DNA of 44,325 nucleotides from a virus (Duplodnaviria; Caudoviricetes): positions 1 through 44,325 of IMG/VR virus record IMGVR_UViG_3300012041_000031, one strand, 5' to 3'. Of this stretch, positions 11,638-20,701 are shown one piece after another (position 1 is the first letter of the stretch; every line of letters starts with the position of its first letter). Both the position numbers and the translations under genes were made by a program. Below the pieces are notes generated by a model, which worked only from the letters and a program-made list of their open reading frames with translations, ran no database searches and was not told the DNA's origin.

Positions 11638-12164
11638 TGGCCGGTGACCTGAAGGGCAAATATGTAGCGTCCGTCACCATGACGGTGACGAACCTGCACA
11701 GCCTCGCGTCATCGCAGGACTGGTCGGCGGGTTGGTCGAGTGCGTCAGTGTCGAACCTGTCGAACCTCTATGTCGACTACCTGATCTCGGGCACGTTCAC
11801 CACGCACGCGAGCAACCGGCAGGCGGGGACGATCAACGTCTTCGGCATTGCGTCGCTGAACGACACGCCGACATGGCCTGCGACCGCGACGGGAACGATG
11901 GGCACCGAGGGCGCGTTGTCGTTCACCGATCTCGAGGAGCGCGACTGTTGGGTGCGCCCGATTGCGTCGATCATCGTGGACAACTCTGCGTCGGCCATCG
12001 TCGGCTTCCCGCCGACGTCGCTCATCGGCGCATTCGGTTTGTGGTTGCCGCCGACGCATTGGGCGATCTACGTTGCGCAGAACGCGGGTACGACGACGAC
12101 GGCGGGGCTCGCTGCTGCGGGCAGCGCGATCTACTACACGCCGATCCTCGGGCAGTACACCTAA
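11637..12164 (+). CDS. Beta-rich phage structural protein
   Basis: TAATG coupling; Ser/Thr-rich all-beta composition. Confidence 0.7.
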   Translation: MAGDLKGKYVASVTMTVTNLHSLASSQDWSAGWSSASVSNLSNLYVDYLISGTFTTHASNRQAGTINVFGIASLNDTPTWPATATGTMGTEGALSFTDLEERDCWVRPIASIIVDNSASAIVGFPPTSLIGAFGLWLPPTHWAIYVAQNAGTTTTAGLAAAGSAIYYTPILGQYT

Positions 12165-12167
12165 GCC

Positions 12168-13340
12168 ATGCTGTTCCTACCGCTGCGCCCTACGATCGCG
12201 CGGTCGGGGCTTCGTCTCAAGCCGAACTATCGCGGTAAGCCGATTGCCGGGGCGCTCGTCGGCGGGCAGGGCATGTCTGCGGGCGGCGCCGACGTCGTGC
12301 GCGTGGGCACGGCCAGCGTGGCTTACGGTCGTTTCGGTACTGCGTGGCGCGGGGCGTCGGGCACTAACCTTTCGCGGGCGCTGCTACGCGCGCCGTTCGT
12401 GTTTGACACGAACAATCGCCGGTTGACCATGATCACGGTCTTCCGTGAATACACCGCGATTGCTTCGGCGCAGAACGCTTCGGGCTTGGGATCGAATAGC
12501 GGCGCTTCTGGCAACACACTTTGCATTATCGGCACCGCTGTCACGACGCAGGCCAAGGCGCGCGCGCTGTTGCAGGACAGCAGCGGCGCGGCGTTCTTCA
12601 ATAACGTCGAGTCTGGCGGTGCTGTTGCGGTCAACGATGGGCGCTGGCATACGGTAGTCTGGACCTGCCAGATTGAACCAAGTGGAACGAGTCCGTCGAC
12701 CTTCTACATTGATGGCGTGAGAGACGGCGCACCGACGGGAGGCGTGGGCACGCCTGCGTCTACTACGTTCCAGTGGATGTGTGTGAACGGCGTCCGCCGT
12801 ACAACTGATCTCGCGGGCGGCAACTTTGAGGTCGCGCTGTTCGCTGTGATGTACGCCCGATTGGGCGACGCCGAAGGCATGGCGATCAGTCGCGATCCGT
12901 TCGGCGAACTGTTCGAACCGATCCGCCTGCCCTACGTGCTCGTGCCGGGCATTGGGGTCGGCCCGACGATCGTACGCCCCGAAGCGAACGGGAGCGCCGA
13001 GTGGACGCCTAGCGCCGGGACCAACTACGAATGCGTTGACGAAGCGGTCGCGAGTGACGCCGACTATGTGTACGCGCTCGAGGCGGGCCTGCTCGACAGT
13101 TACGACGTGCCGTCGTTCACCGATCCCGGCACGAACACCGGCTTCATCATGCGCTATCGCGTGAAGCTCGCGGAAGGTAGCGCGGGCGTCGAGGCGCGGC
13201 TGTACGAAGGAACGACGCTTATCTCGGCTGATCCCGTGCAACGTTTCGCCGCCGGTGACTACGAATGGGAAGTCGATCCCGACGACATGGCTACGGTCGT
13301 CGATCAGGACAATCTGCGGCCCGCTCTTTTCTCCGTGTGA
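12168..13340 (+). CDS. LamG/concanavalin-like domain protein with shared C-terminal module
   Basis: NDGRWHTVV...FYIDGV LamG signature; residues from 12969 align with three separated segments of the 13720 protein. Confidence 0.75.
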   Translation: MLFLPLRPTIARSGLRLKPNYRGKPIAGALVGGQGMSAGGADVVRVGTASVAYGRFGTAWRGASGTNLSRALLRAPFVFDTNNRRLTMITVFREYTAIASAQNASGLGSNSGASGNTLCIIGTAVTTQAKARALLQDSSGAAFFNNVESGGAVAVNDGRWHTVVWTCQIEPSGTSPSTFYIDGVRDGAPTGGVGTPASTTFQWMCVNGVRRTTDLAGGNFEVALFAVMYARLGDAEGMAISRDPFGELFEPIRLPYVLVPGIGVGPTIVRPEANGSAEWTPSAGTNYECVDEAVASDADYVYALEAGLLDSYDVPSFTDPGTNTGFIMRYRVKLAEGSAGVEARLYEGTTLISADPVQRFAAGDYEWEVDPDDMATVVDQDNLRPALFSV

Positions 13341-13351
13341 AAGGAACCACC

Positions 13352-13678
13352 ATGCGCATCCTCGCTCTTGCTCTCGCGCTGTTCGCGCTGCCTGCCTATG
13401 CGGTCGAAGTTGTCGGCGATCTCGTCGACCAGACCACGACGCACTGCACGTTTCGTCTCGACGGCGGCGCGTGGACGGCTGACCTGCCGGTGGTCGGTAC
13501 GCCAAAGCGTTGTGAGTGGAGCGTCGATACCGTTACCGTTGGCGCGCACAACGTCACCGCGCGCGCTGTGAAGGTCGATCCGGTATGGGGGCGGTTGGAG
13601 TCCGTTGACGCCGTCCCTTTAGCTTTCAGCAGGCCCGGCAGCCCGGCCGCACCATCTGGACTGACCCTGACACCGTGA
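13352..13678 (+). CDS. Secreted Ig/FN3-like protein (108 aa)
   Basis: AAGGA RBS; signal peptide MRILALALALFALPAYA; two Cys; G.HNVTARAV..W..ES and terminal P.AP.GL. Confidence 0.75.
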   Translation: MRILALALALFALPAYAVEVVGDLVDQTTTHCTFRLDGGAWTADLPVVGTPKRCEWSVDTVTVGAHNVTARAVKVDPVWGRLESVDAVPLAFSRPGSPAAPSGLTLTP

Positions 13679-13719
13679 TCGTGTGTAAGGGCGGATCGAA
13701 CAACTGCGAAGAGCAATAG

Positions 13720-16700
13720 ATGAGCCGCGAATTCACCGAGGCTTCTGGATACTTGCTGCGTGACAGCGGCGGTATTCCGGCGTTCGCGTATCCGATATCC
13801 ATCTGTTTATGGATGAACGTTCCTGCGAACGATCAGAATGCAGCCTGCGGGTGGCTGATTGGCAACGGTGACCAGTGGGGCGTCGAGATTCAGGCGACGG
13901 ACCACGTTCTCCTAGCGCACTGGAACAACACCGCGTGGGCGTACACGGCTACGCAGGGCAACACGTTCACGCGCAATGCGTGGTCGCACGTCGCGGTCGT
14001 CATGACCAACAGCACAACATGGCGCGTGGTCATTAACGGTGATTGGGCAAACTCGGGGACGTATGGTGGTTCTGCGCGGTCGCTGAATCAGCCGACGCAG
14101 ATATGTATTGGGATGTTTTCGACCAACCTCGCGGCGCGCATCGATGGGATGGTTGCGCATTGGGCGTTGTGGGGAGACATCGCGTTATCGCAAGCGCAAG
14201 TCGAAGCGCTTGCCGGACCATTTTCGGGCGGCGCGCAAACTGGCAGCGGTGCGAATCCGTTGGCGATAGCGAATCACAAACTGCTCGCCTATCTGCCGCT
14301 CGTTGGCACGGCATCGCCGGAACCAGACGAGAAAAACGATTACGATTTCACGATCTATGAAGGTGCACCGCAAGGCGCGAGCGACCCCGACGTCGATGCA
14401 CCACCGCAATTCATGCGCCCGGAGGCGGACGGCAGCGTGGCGTGGACGCGCTACCCGGCGCTGTTGTCGCGGGACTTTGATCGCGCATCGCAGCAGTACG
14501 CGACCGTCAGTTCTCTACCGGCGATCACGTACCCGTTCACGATTGCGTTCTGGTTCCGCATCCCGGCGCTGCCCACAGTGGGCGAGGACGTCTTTTCGCT
14601 GATGTCGGTCGTGTCGGAAAGTTCGAACGACTACCACGATTGTCAAGTGGTGCACACGACAGGCTATGCGCGCGTATTCATTACTCAGGGCGGCGTCGGC
14701 TCTGAGAACCACATCACCACCAACGCGGTGACGACGGGAGCGTGGCAGCACTATGCTTACATTGCGACAAGTGCGACCAGTAGGCGCGCGGTTCTAAACG
14801 GCGATTGGGCGAACAGCTACCACAACACCAACACGCTGACCCCAGCGAGCCTGACGCGCGTATCCGTTGGCGTGCTGGACTTCTATAACGACAACTACAA
14901 CTTCACAGAGGGAATGATTGCGCGACCCACTCTGTGGGACGCGGCTCTCGTGCAAGCAGACATCGAGGATCTCGCAGCAGGCGCAAACCCTTACAGCGTC
15001 GGATCGCCACGGCACTACTGGCCCTTCGGTGGCAACGATTCCCCGGAGCCAGATGTTGCGGGCGGGTACGACATGACGCTGGTGGGACCGCCGACGCAAG
15101 GCGCGAGCGGACCGACGATCAGCGGCAGCCGCGATCTCAACGGGACGACACAGGAGCTACGAGGCACGTACCCGCTGTCGAGCGCAAGTCCGGAAACGTT
15201 CACCGTTGCCGGGTGGTTCAATAGTGGATCGGCGTCCGGCGGGGCGATGTGTCTGTGGTCATTAGGCGACGCAGATGCAGATCAGTATTGGGAGATTCGT
15301 CGGCATACGACCGACGCGATCCGGGCAACACAGACGCCAGATTTTGATTCGTCCATCACGTCGAACACCGCGCCTGTCGATACGTGGTTCCACGTTGCGC
15401 ATGTCTGCCGCAACGACGCGGGCACGTATCGGCATCGCGTCGTGCTGGATGGCGACTGGGCGAACAGCACCGAGGCGCCCTATACGCGTCCGACAGGACT
15501 CGATCTGCTTACCATCGGGGCGCTGCGCTTCAACGCCAATGACTTTATTTCGCTCAACGGGATGGTAGCGCACTTCGCCGTATGGGACGGCGCCGTGCTG
15601 TCGCAAGCGCAGGTCGAAGCGCTGGCCGTAGGCGCTGATCCGCGCACAATACAGAGCACGAACCTCATCCAATATTGCCGCATCGCCGGTTCGGTATCGC
15701 CCGAGCCTGACATTGTGGGAACCTACGATCTAACGCTGGTCGGTTCGCCGACGCGCGCGGACGGTCCCACGGTCGATGGCATAACGATCAGCAGCAACTT
15801 TGAAGCAGTCAACGAAGCGGTTGCCAGTGACGCGGAGTACGTGTACGCAGCCAGCGCGGGTCTGCTCGACTCCTACGACGTGCCGACCTACGACGATCCC
15901 GGCACTGACGAAGGCTTCGTCGTCCGCTATGACGTCAAGCAACTAACCGGAGGCGCGGGCGTTGAGGCGCGGATGTACCAGACGGGCTTGCCCGCGTCGG
16001 TGCTGCTCTACGTCGATTGGGAGCACGGCGTACTGGCATCCGGCACGTTCACGTCGGATACGCCGAACGTTCCTGACGCGCACACGTTCACCTTCACTAA
16101 CAGCGCGACGGTAGGGGCGGAGGGAACGTGGGATGGGCAGTATGTTGCGACGTTCCCGAACTTCAACTCGGTCGTGTCTAGCGTGTTGAGTTCGGCCACG
16201 ATGGCAGTGACGCAGGGTCGCGTGCTCGTCGAGCTTGAGGGAATGGACAGCGCGGGCGATGGCGTGGGCTTCTACGCAGCCTCGCCAGCGAACGGGCGGA
16301 TCAATATCTTTTTGACCGGCGGCGGGGAGGTGTGGGTAAACCTTGACTGGCAAGGCAGCAACAATAAGCAAATCGACCTTGGCGCAGAGCCAAGCGGGAA
16401 GTACAAAGTAGAAATAATCTACGACACGCAGAATGGTACAAGCTCGCAGCGATTCCGCGCGCGCTGTTGGGCCGGTGACACGCCACCAAGTTTCACCGAT
16501 TCCGACAACTTCGGCAGCGCCGACGATACCGACCAATTCACCGCGCTCCGTGTGCCGCTCAACGGCGACGCGCACCCGACACGCCTCGGCCGCATCATCA
16601 TCTGCAATGACATCACGCTGGACTTGTCGACGATTACGCTTGCGCCTGAAACGCTGATCTCCGCCGATCCCGTGCAACGCTTCACTGCCGGGACGTATGA

Positions 16701-16776
16701 GTGGGCGGTTGATTCTGCTGACGTGGCGAACATCACCGACCGCAGCGCCGTGCGCGTGGCGGTCTACTCGCTCTAG
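13720..16776 (+). CDS. Triple LamG-like lectin/adhesin with a further beta domain (1018 aa)
   Basis: Three repeats starting SREF/SRDF/SRDL, each with W.H.A...RVV(I/L)(N/D)GDWANS-type and SPEPD...YD.T motifs. Confidence 0.8.
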   Translation: MSREFTEASGYLLRDSGGIPAFAYPISICLWMNVPANDQNAACGWLIGNGDQWGVEIQATDHVLLAHWNNTAWAYTATQGNTFTRNAWSHVAVVMTNSTTWRVVINGDWANSGTYGGSARSLNQPTQICIGMFSTNLAARIDGMVAHWALWGDIALSQAQVEALAGPFSGGAQTGSGANPLAIANHKLLAYLPLVGTASPEPDEKNDYDFTIYEGAPQGASDPDVDAPPQFMRPEADGSVAWTRYPALLSRDFDRASQQYATVSSLPAITYPFTIAFWFRIPALPTVGEDVFSLMSVVSESSNDYHDCQVVHTTGYARVFITQGGVGSENHITTNAVTTGAWQHYAYIATSATSRRAVLNGDWANSYHNTNTLTPASLTRVSVGVLDFYNDNYNFTEGMIARPTLWDAALVQADIEDLAAGANPYSVGSPRHYWPFGGNDSPEPDVAGGYDMTLVGPPTQGASGPTISGSRDLNGTTQELRGTYPLSSASPETFTVAGWFNSGSASGGAMCLWSLGDADADQYWEIRRHTTDAIRATQTPDFDSSITSNTAPVDTWFHVAHVCRNDAGTYRHRVVLDGDWANSTEAPYTRPTGLDLLTIGALRFNANDFISLNGMVAHFAVWDGAVLSQAQVEALAVGADPRTIQSTNLIQYCRIAGSVSPEPDIVGTYDLTLVGSPTRADGPTVDGITISSNFEAVNEAVASDAEYVYAASAGLLDSYDVPTYDDPGTDEGFVVRYDVKQLTGGAGVEARMYQTGLPASVLLYVDWEHGVLASGTFTSDTPNVPDAHTFTFTNSATVGAEGTWDGQYVATFPNFNSVVSSVLSSATMAVTQGRVLVELEGMDSAGDGVGFYAASPANGRINIFLTGGGEVWVNLDWQGSNNKQIDLGAEPSGKYKVEIIYDTQNGTSSQRFRARCWAGDTPPSFTDSDNFGSADDTDQFTALRVPLNGDAHPTRLGRIIICNDITLDLSTITLAPETLISADPVQRFTAGTYEWAVDSADVANITDRSAVRVAVYSL

Positions 16777-16785
16777 GACGAAACA

Positions 16786-17628
16786 ATGGCCGACGACGTA
16801 GCAATCACCGCAGGCGCCGGGACGAGCATTGCAACGGATGATTGCACTAGTGGTCATGCGCAGGTCGTCAAGCTCGCCTACTCCGCGAACGGCGACCGCA
16901 CGCACATCCCCGCCGATGCTAGTGGGCTGCTCGTCAACCTCGGCACGAACAATGATGTGACCGTCGCGGGCACAGTCGCCGAGGGCGATCCGTACTCAGG
17001 AAATCCGGTTGTGGTCGCGGGCATTAACGGTGCCGACAATGTTGTTCCGTTGCAGATAGGCCCGGCGGATGCGCTTCTTGTTTACGTAAGCGACGGTTCG
17101 CTGACTGTGTCCGGTGACATTGCGCACGACTCGCCGGACAGCACGTCGAAGTCGTTCAAGATCGGCGCCAAGGCCATCGCGCACGGCACGAACCCGACGG
17201 CGGTAGCGGCGGCGGACCGCACTGACATCTACGCGAATCGTGCGGGCATTCCGTTCGTCATGGGCGGGCACCCGAACATCGTTACGGTCAAGCACACGAC
17301 GATCACCACAGCAGTCACGGATGCCGCAGTAATCACGATCGGTGGCGGGTTGAAGATCGTCGTGACGAGCTTCCAGATCACGCTCGACAACGCGAGCACG
17401 GTATTCCCCTCGGTGCTGCTCGGCTTCGGCACGGCGAACACGCCGACGACGACGGGCGTGATCGGTTCACATGGCGGTGTACCGGCAGGCGGCGGCTTCG
17501 GTCGCGGCGACGGCTCTGGCATCATCGGCATTGGCGCAGATGGTGAGGATCTGCGCATCACGACGGTCGGCAACGCGACGGGCAACGGTCTGCAACTCGT
17601 TGTGACTTACTACACGATTGAAAGCTGA
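16786..17628 (+). CDS. Fibre-like structural protein (MADDVAITAG.GT.IATD family)
   Basis: AGGA RBS; Gly/Thr/Val-rich beta repeats (GTVAEGDP, GDIAHDSP). Confidence 0.7.
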   Translation: MADDVAITAGAGTSIATDDCTSGHAQVVKLAYSANGDRTHIPADASGLLVNLGTNNDVTVAGTVAEGDPYSGNPVVVAGINGADNVVPLQIGPADALLVYVSDGSLTVSGDIAHDSPDSTSKSFKIGAKAIAHGTNPTAVAAADRTDIYANRAGIPFVMGGHPNIVTVKHTTITTAVTDAAVITIGGGLKIVVTSFQITLDNASTVFPSVLLGFGTANTPTTTGVIGSHGGVPAGGGFGRGDGSGIIGIGADGEDLRITTVGNATGNGLQLVVTYYTIES

Positions 17629-17632
17629 TGCC

Positions 17633-18328
17633 GTGCCGGTCATCAATTACACCGCAGCGAGTACAGCATTCGTCGCCAAGACAACGCGCTGTCGTGTGAG
17701 GCTATGGGGCGGAGGCGGCACCGGCGGGCCAGCGCAAACGACGAGCGGGAACAAGGGCGGAGGCGGAGGCGGAGGCGAGTACGCAGAGCACAACAGCCTG
17801 TCGGTTGCGCCGGGGACTTCCTACACGGTAGCAGTTGGCCAGACCGCGACAGGCGCGGCGACGGTCGTCAACGGCAATCCCACGACGTTCAACTCGACCA
17901 CGCTCGGCGCGAATGGTGGCACGGGCGGCGCGCTCAACGCGGCAGCGGGTGCAGGCGGCGCAGCGGGTGGCACGGGCGGCGCAGGTTCGGCGACGACGCG
18001 CAACGCGGGCGGGCGGGGCGGACACGTCAACGGCACGAGTAACACCGGACCGGGCGGCGGGTGCGGGGGAGACTCGGGCGTTGGCACGCAGGGATCTGAT
18101 AGTGCAGTCACGGGCGGCACTGGCGCGGCGATCAATCCGAACACTGGAACGGGCGGTGCGGGGAGGACGAATACGGGTGTCGGCAATAATGGTGTGACCT
18201 ATGGCGGTGGCGGCGGAGGTTCGTGGCGCACGACTGCGAACCGTAACGGCAGCAATGGTGCTGCGGGATATGCGCGTATCGACTACCTGCCACCGAATAC
18301 GGGGATTCTGCTCGGCGTAGGGATCTAG
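17633..18328 (+). CDS. Glycine-rich (polyglycine-II type) adhesin-like protein
   Basis: RVRLWGGGGTGG, GGGGGGGEYA, VAPGTSYTVAVG, YGGGGGG, GAAGYARI; GTG 17633 is the likely start (ORF open from 17618). Confidence 0.75.
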   Translation: MPVINYTAASTAFVAKTTRCRVRLWGGGGTGGPAQTTSGNKGGGGGGGEYAEHNSLSVAPGTSYTVAVGQTATGAATVVNGNPTTFNSTTLGANGGTGGALNAAAGAGGAAGGTGGAGSATTRNAGGRGGHVNGTSNTGPGGGCGGDSGVGTQGSDSAVTGGTGAAINPNTGTGGAGRTNTGVGNNGVTYGGGGGGSWRTTANRNGSNGAAGYARIDYLPPNTGILLGVGI

Positions 18329-18331
18329 ACC

Positions 18332-20701
18332 ATGTCGCTGCTCCTGCTATTCGGCGGCGGGGCTGAAGCGTATCTAGCCGAAGTCTCGTGGATAGAACTC
18401 CAGGTTCCGGCTAGCGCCGAGACGTTTGTCACCGCTGCCGGTGTCGCTCATGGTCGCGGTGAGGGCGCTGCTGCTAGTGCGAGTACTGCCGCGCAGGCGG
18501 GCGTCGCGGTTGCTGCGGGCGTTGCGGTAGCGGCGAGTCAGTCCGCGTCGGATCAGACAGGCGTTTCCGTTGCGCGCGGTGAAGCCAGCGCGGCACGTGA
18601 AAGTCTAGCGGCGCAGATCGGTGTCGCTTGGGGCGTCGGTATTGCCGTCGCGGTCAAGCAACCTTACCGCATCGAAGTCTCGTGGGTCGAGTTTGAAATC
18701 CCGGAGGCGACGGGCGAGACGTTCGTTTCCGCGGCCGGTCGATCGCTAGGTCGTGGCGAAGCAGTCGCGACGCAACAAAGCACGGCAGCGCAGACCGCCG
18801 TCGCAGTTGCGCGAGGCATAGCTCAAGCCGTTGGTGCGCCGCTGGCAGCGAGCGCTGCGGTGTCGGCTGCTCGTGGCGAGGCTGTTGCTGCAAGCCAGAG
18901 CGCGATAAGTGTCGCCGCAGTTGCCGTCGGACGTGGTGAATCGGTTGCCACGCAGCAGTCGCTTGCCAATCAGGCGGGTGTTGCGTCAGCGCGGGGCGAA
19001 GTAGCCGCAACTCAGCAGAGCGCAGCGGCACAGGCTGCGGTAGCGGCGGGACGCGGCGAAGTTGTTGCGGCAAGCACGAGCTTTGCAGCGTCAGCAGCCA
19101 CCGCAGCCGGACGTGGCGAGGTTACCGCAGTTCGTCAGTCGCTTGCTGATCAGGCAGGTGTTGCGTCGGCGCGCGGAGAGGCTACCGCAGTTCGGCAGAG
19201 TGCGGCGGCGCAAGTTGCGATCGCAGCCGGACGTGGTGAAGCTGTCGCAGAAAGTGCGAGCCTTGCAGAATCAGCAGCCACCGCAGCGGGGCGTAGTGAA
19301 GGTGTCGCAGCGAGCGCCAGTCTTGCAGCGTCGTCGGCTGTAGCGGCTGGGCGCGGTGAAGCGACGGCGGTCTACGCTGCGAGCGTCGTCGCAGAGTCTA
19401 CGGGCGTCGCGTTTGGCGTAGCTCGGGCCGTTGCCGTACAGCAAAGCACTGCCGACGCAGCGGCAGCATCGCAGGCGCGCGGTGAGGCGCTGGCGACACA
19501 ACAGAGCAACGCGGCACAAGCCGCTATCGCAGCGGGACGCGGTGAAGGTGTTGCGGTTCGCGAGAGTCTTGCGGCTGCGACGGCCGTTGCGGCTGGGCGC
19601 GGCGAAGCGGCAGCGGCTTACTCTTCTAGCACTGATGTAGCGGGCGTCGCTTATGGTGCAGCTCGGGCCATCGCTGTTCAGCAAAGCGATAGCGATGCAA
19701 CAGCGGTATCGCAAGCTCGTGGCGATGCGCTGGCGATACAGCAGAGTAGTGCAGCAGCGTCGGCAACGTCGCAAGCTCGTGCTGATGCGTTGGCGGCACA
19801 GCAGAGCACGGCGGTCAGTGCGGCTGTTGCGCAGGCGCGAGGCGAAGCTGTCGCAGTCTACAGCGCGTCGATTGTTGCCGAGGCGACAGGTGTAGCGCGC
19901 GGTGTCGGTGAAGCAGTCGCGTCGCAGCAGAGTCTTGCCGCTGCAGGATCGGTTGCACAGGCACGCGGCGAAGCGATCGCGCAACAGCGCAGCATGGCTG
20001 ATGCGCAGGCTACGTCGGTTGGACGCGCCGATGTTCTTGGCGCATCCAATGCGCTCACTGATCGCACTGCTGTTGCGGCTGGGCGCGGTGACGCAGCCGG
20101 GGCTCAGGCAAGCCTAATTGCCCGCGCAGGGGTTGCGGTAGGGGTAGCAGGGGCAGCCGGGGCGCAGGTAAGCCTTGCGGCGGCCGTAGGTGGGGCACAG
20201 GGGCGCTCAGACGCGGTAGGGGCTAGGTGGGCACTACTTAGCCGGGTGGGCCTTGCCACGGGTCTTAGCGGGGCTGTAGCGGAGCAAATTAGCCTTGCCG
20301 GGGCTGCTGGTGTTGCCGTTGCCCGCGCTGAGGGGGCTGCACAGTATTCTTCCACCCTTATTGCCGAGGCTACTGGTGTATCGCACAGCGGGGCCATTGT
20401 TGTAGGACAACGGCAGAGTCTTGCATCAGCAGATGGTGCGTCTGTTGGTGTTGGCTCGTCGGTCGCGCCTTGGGTTTCTACATCCGCTGTTCTTGGTATT
20501 GCGGTCGCTCGCGGTGATGCTGTTGGACGGCTTCCTGGTGACGACGTTCCGCCAAGAGGATTCGGGCGCATCTTTCCAACATCTAGAACACAGCGGATAA
20601 TCGAGGAAGATGAAATGATTCTTGCAATAATCCTGGCGTGGCTGCATTCGTCCGATGGCGGCCGGACAGCGAGCCCCGACGAACTGAGTGAACGCCAATG
20701 A
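18332..20701 (+). CDS. Ala/Ser/Gly/Val repeat fibre or scaffold protein (789 aa)
   Basis: ~20-aa periodic ..A.GRGEA.A..QS.A repeats; N-terminal MSLLLLF; two EVSW(I/V)E..(V/I)P motifs; C-terminal EEDEMILAIIL. Confidence 0.8.
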   Translation: MSLLLLFGGGAEAYLAEVSWIELQVPASAETFVTAAGVAHGRGEGAAASASTAAQAGVAVAAGVAVAASQSASDQTGVSVARGEASAARESLAAQIGVAWGVGIAVAVKQPYRIEVSWVEFEIPEATGETFVSAAGRSLGRGEAVATQQSTAAQTAVAVARGIAQAVGAPLAASAAVSAARGEAVAASQSAISVAAVAVGRGESVATQQSLANQAGVASARGEVAATQQSAAAQAAVAAGRGEVVAASTSFAASAATAAGRGEVTAVRQSLADQAGVASARGEATAVRQSAAAQVAIAAGRGEAVAESASLAESAATAAGRSEGVAASASLAASSAVAAGRGEATAVYAASVVAESTGVAFGVARAVAVQQSTADAAAASQARGEALATQQSNAAQAAIAAGRGEGVAVRESLAAATAVAAGRGEAAAAYSSSTDVAGVAYGAARAIAVQQSDSDATAVSQARGDALAIQQSSAAASATSQARADALAAQQSTAVSAAVAQARGEAVAVYSASIVAEATGVARGVGEAVASQQSLAAAGSVAQARGEAIAQQRSMADAQATSVGRADVLGASNALTDRTAVAAGRGDAAGAQASLIARAGVAVGVAGAAGAQVSLAAAVGGAQGRSDAVGARWALLSRVGLATGLSGAVAEQISLAGAAGVAVARAEGAAQYSSTLIAEATGVSHSGAIVVGQRQSLASADGASVGVGSSVAPWVSTSAVLGIAVARGDAVGRLPGDDVPPRGFGRIFPTSRTQRIIEEDEMILAIILAWLHSSDGGRTASPDELSERQ

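Noticed and set aside
12969-16776. Similar segments as DGR template/variable repeats
   Set aside because: Differences are mostly synonymous and not adenine-specific, both copies are coding, and no reverse transcriptase is in the window
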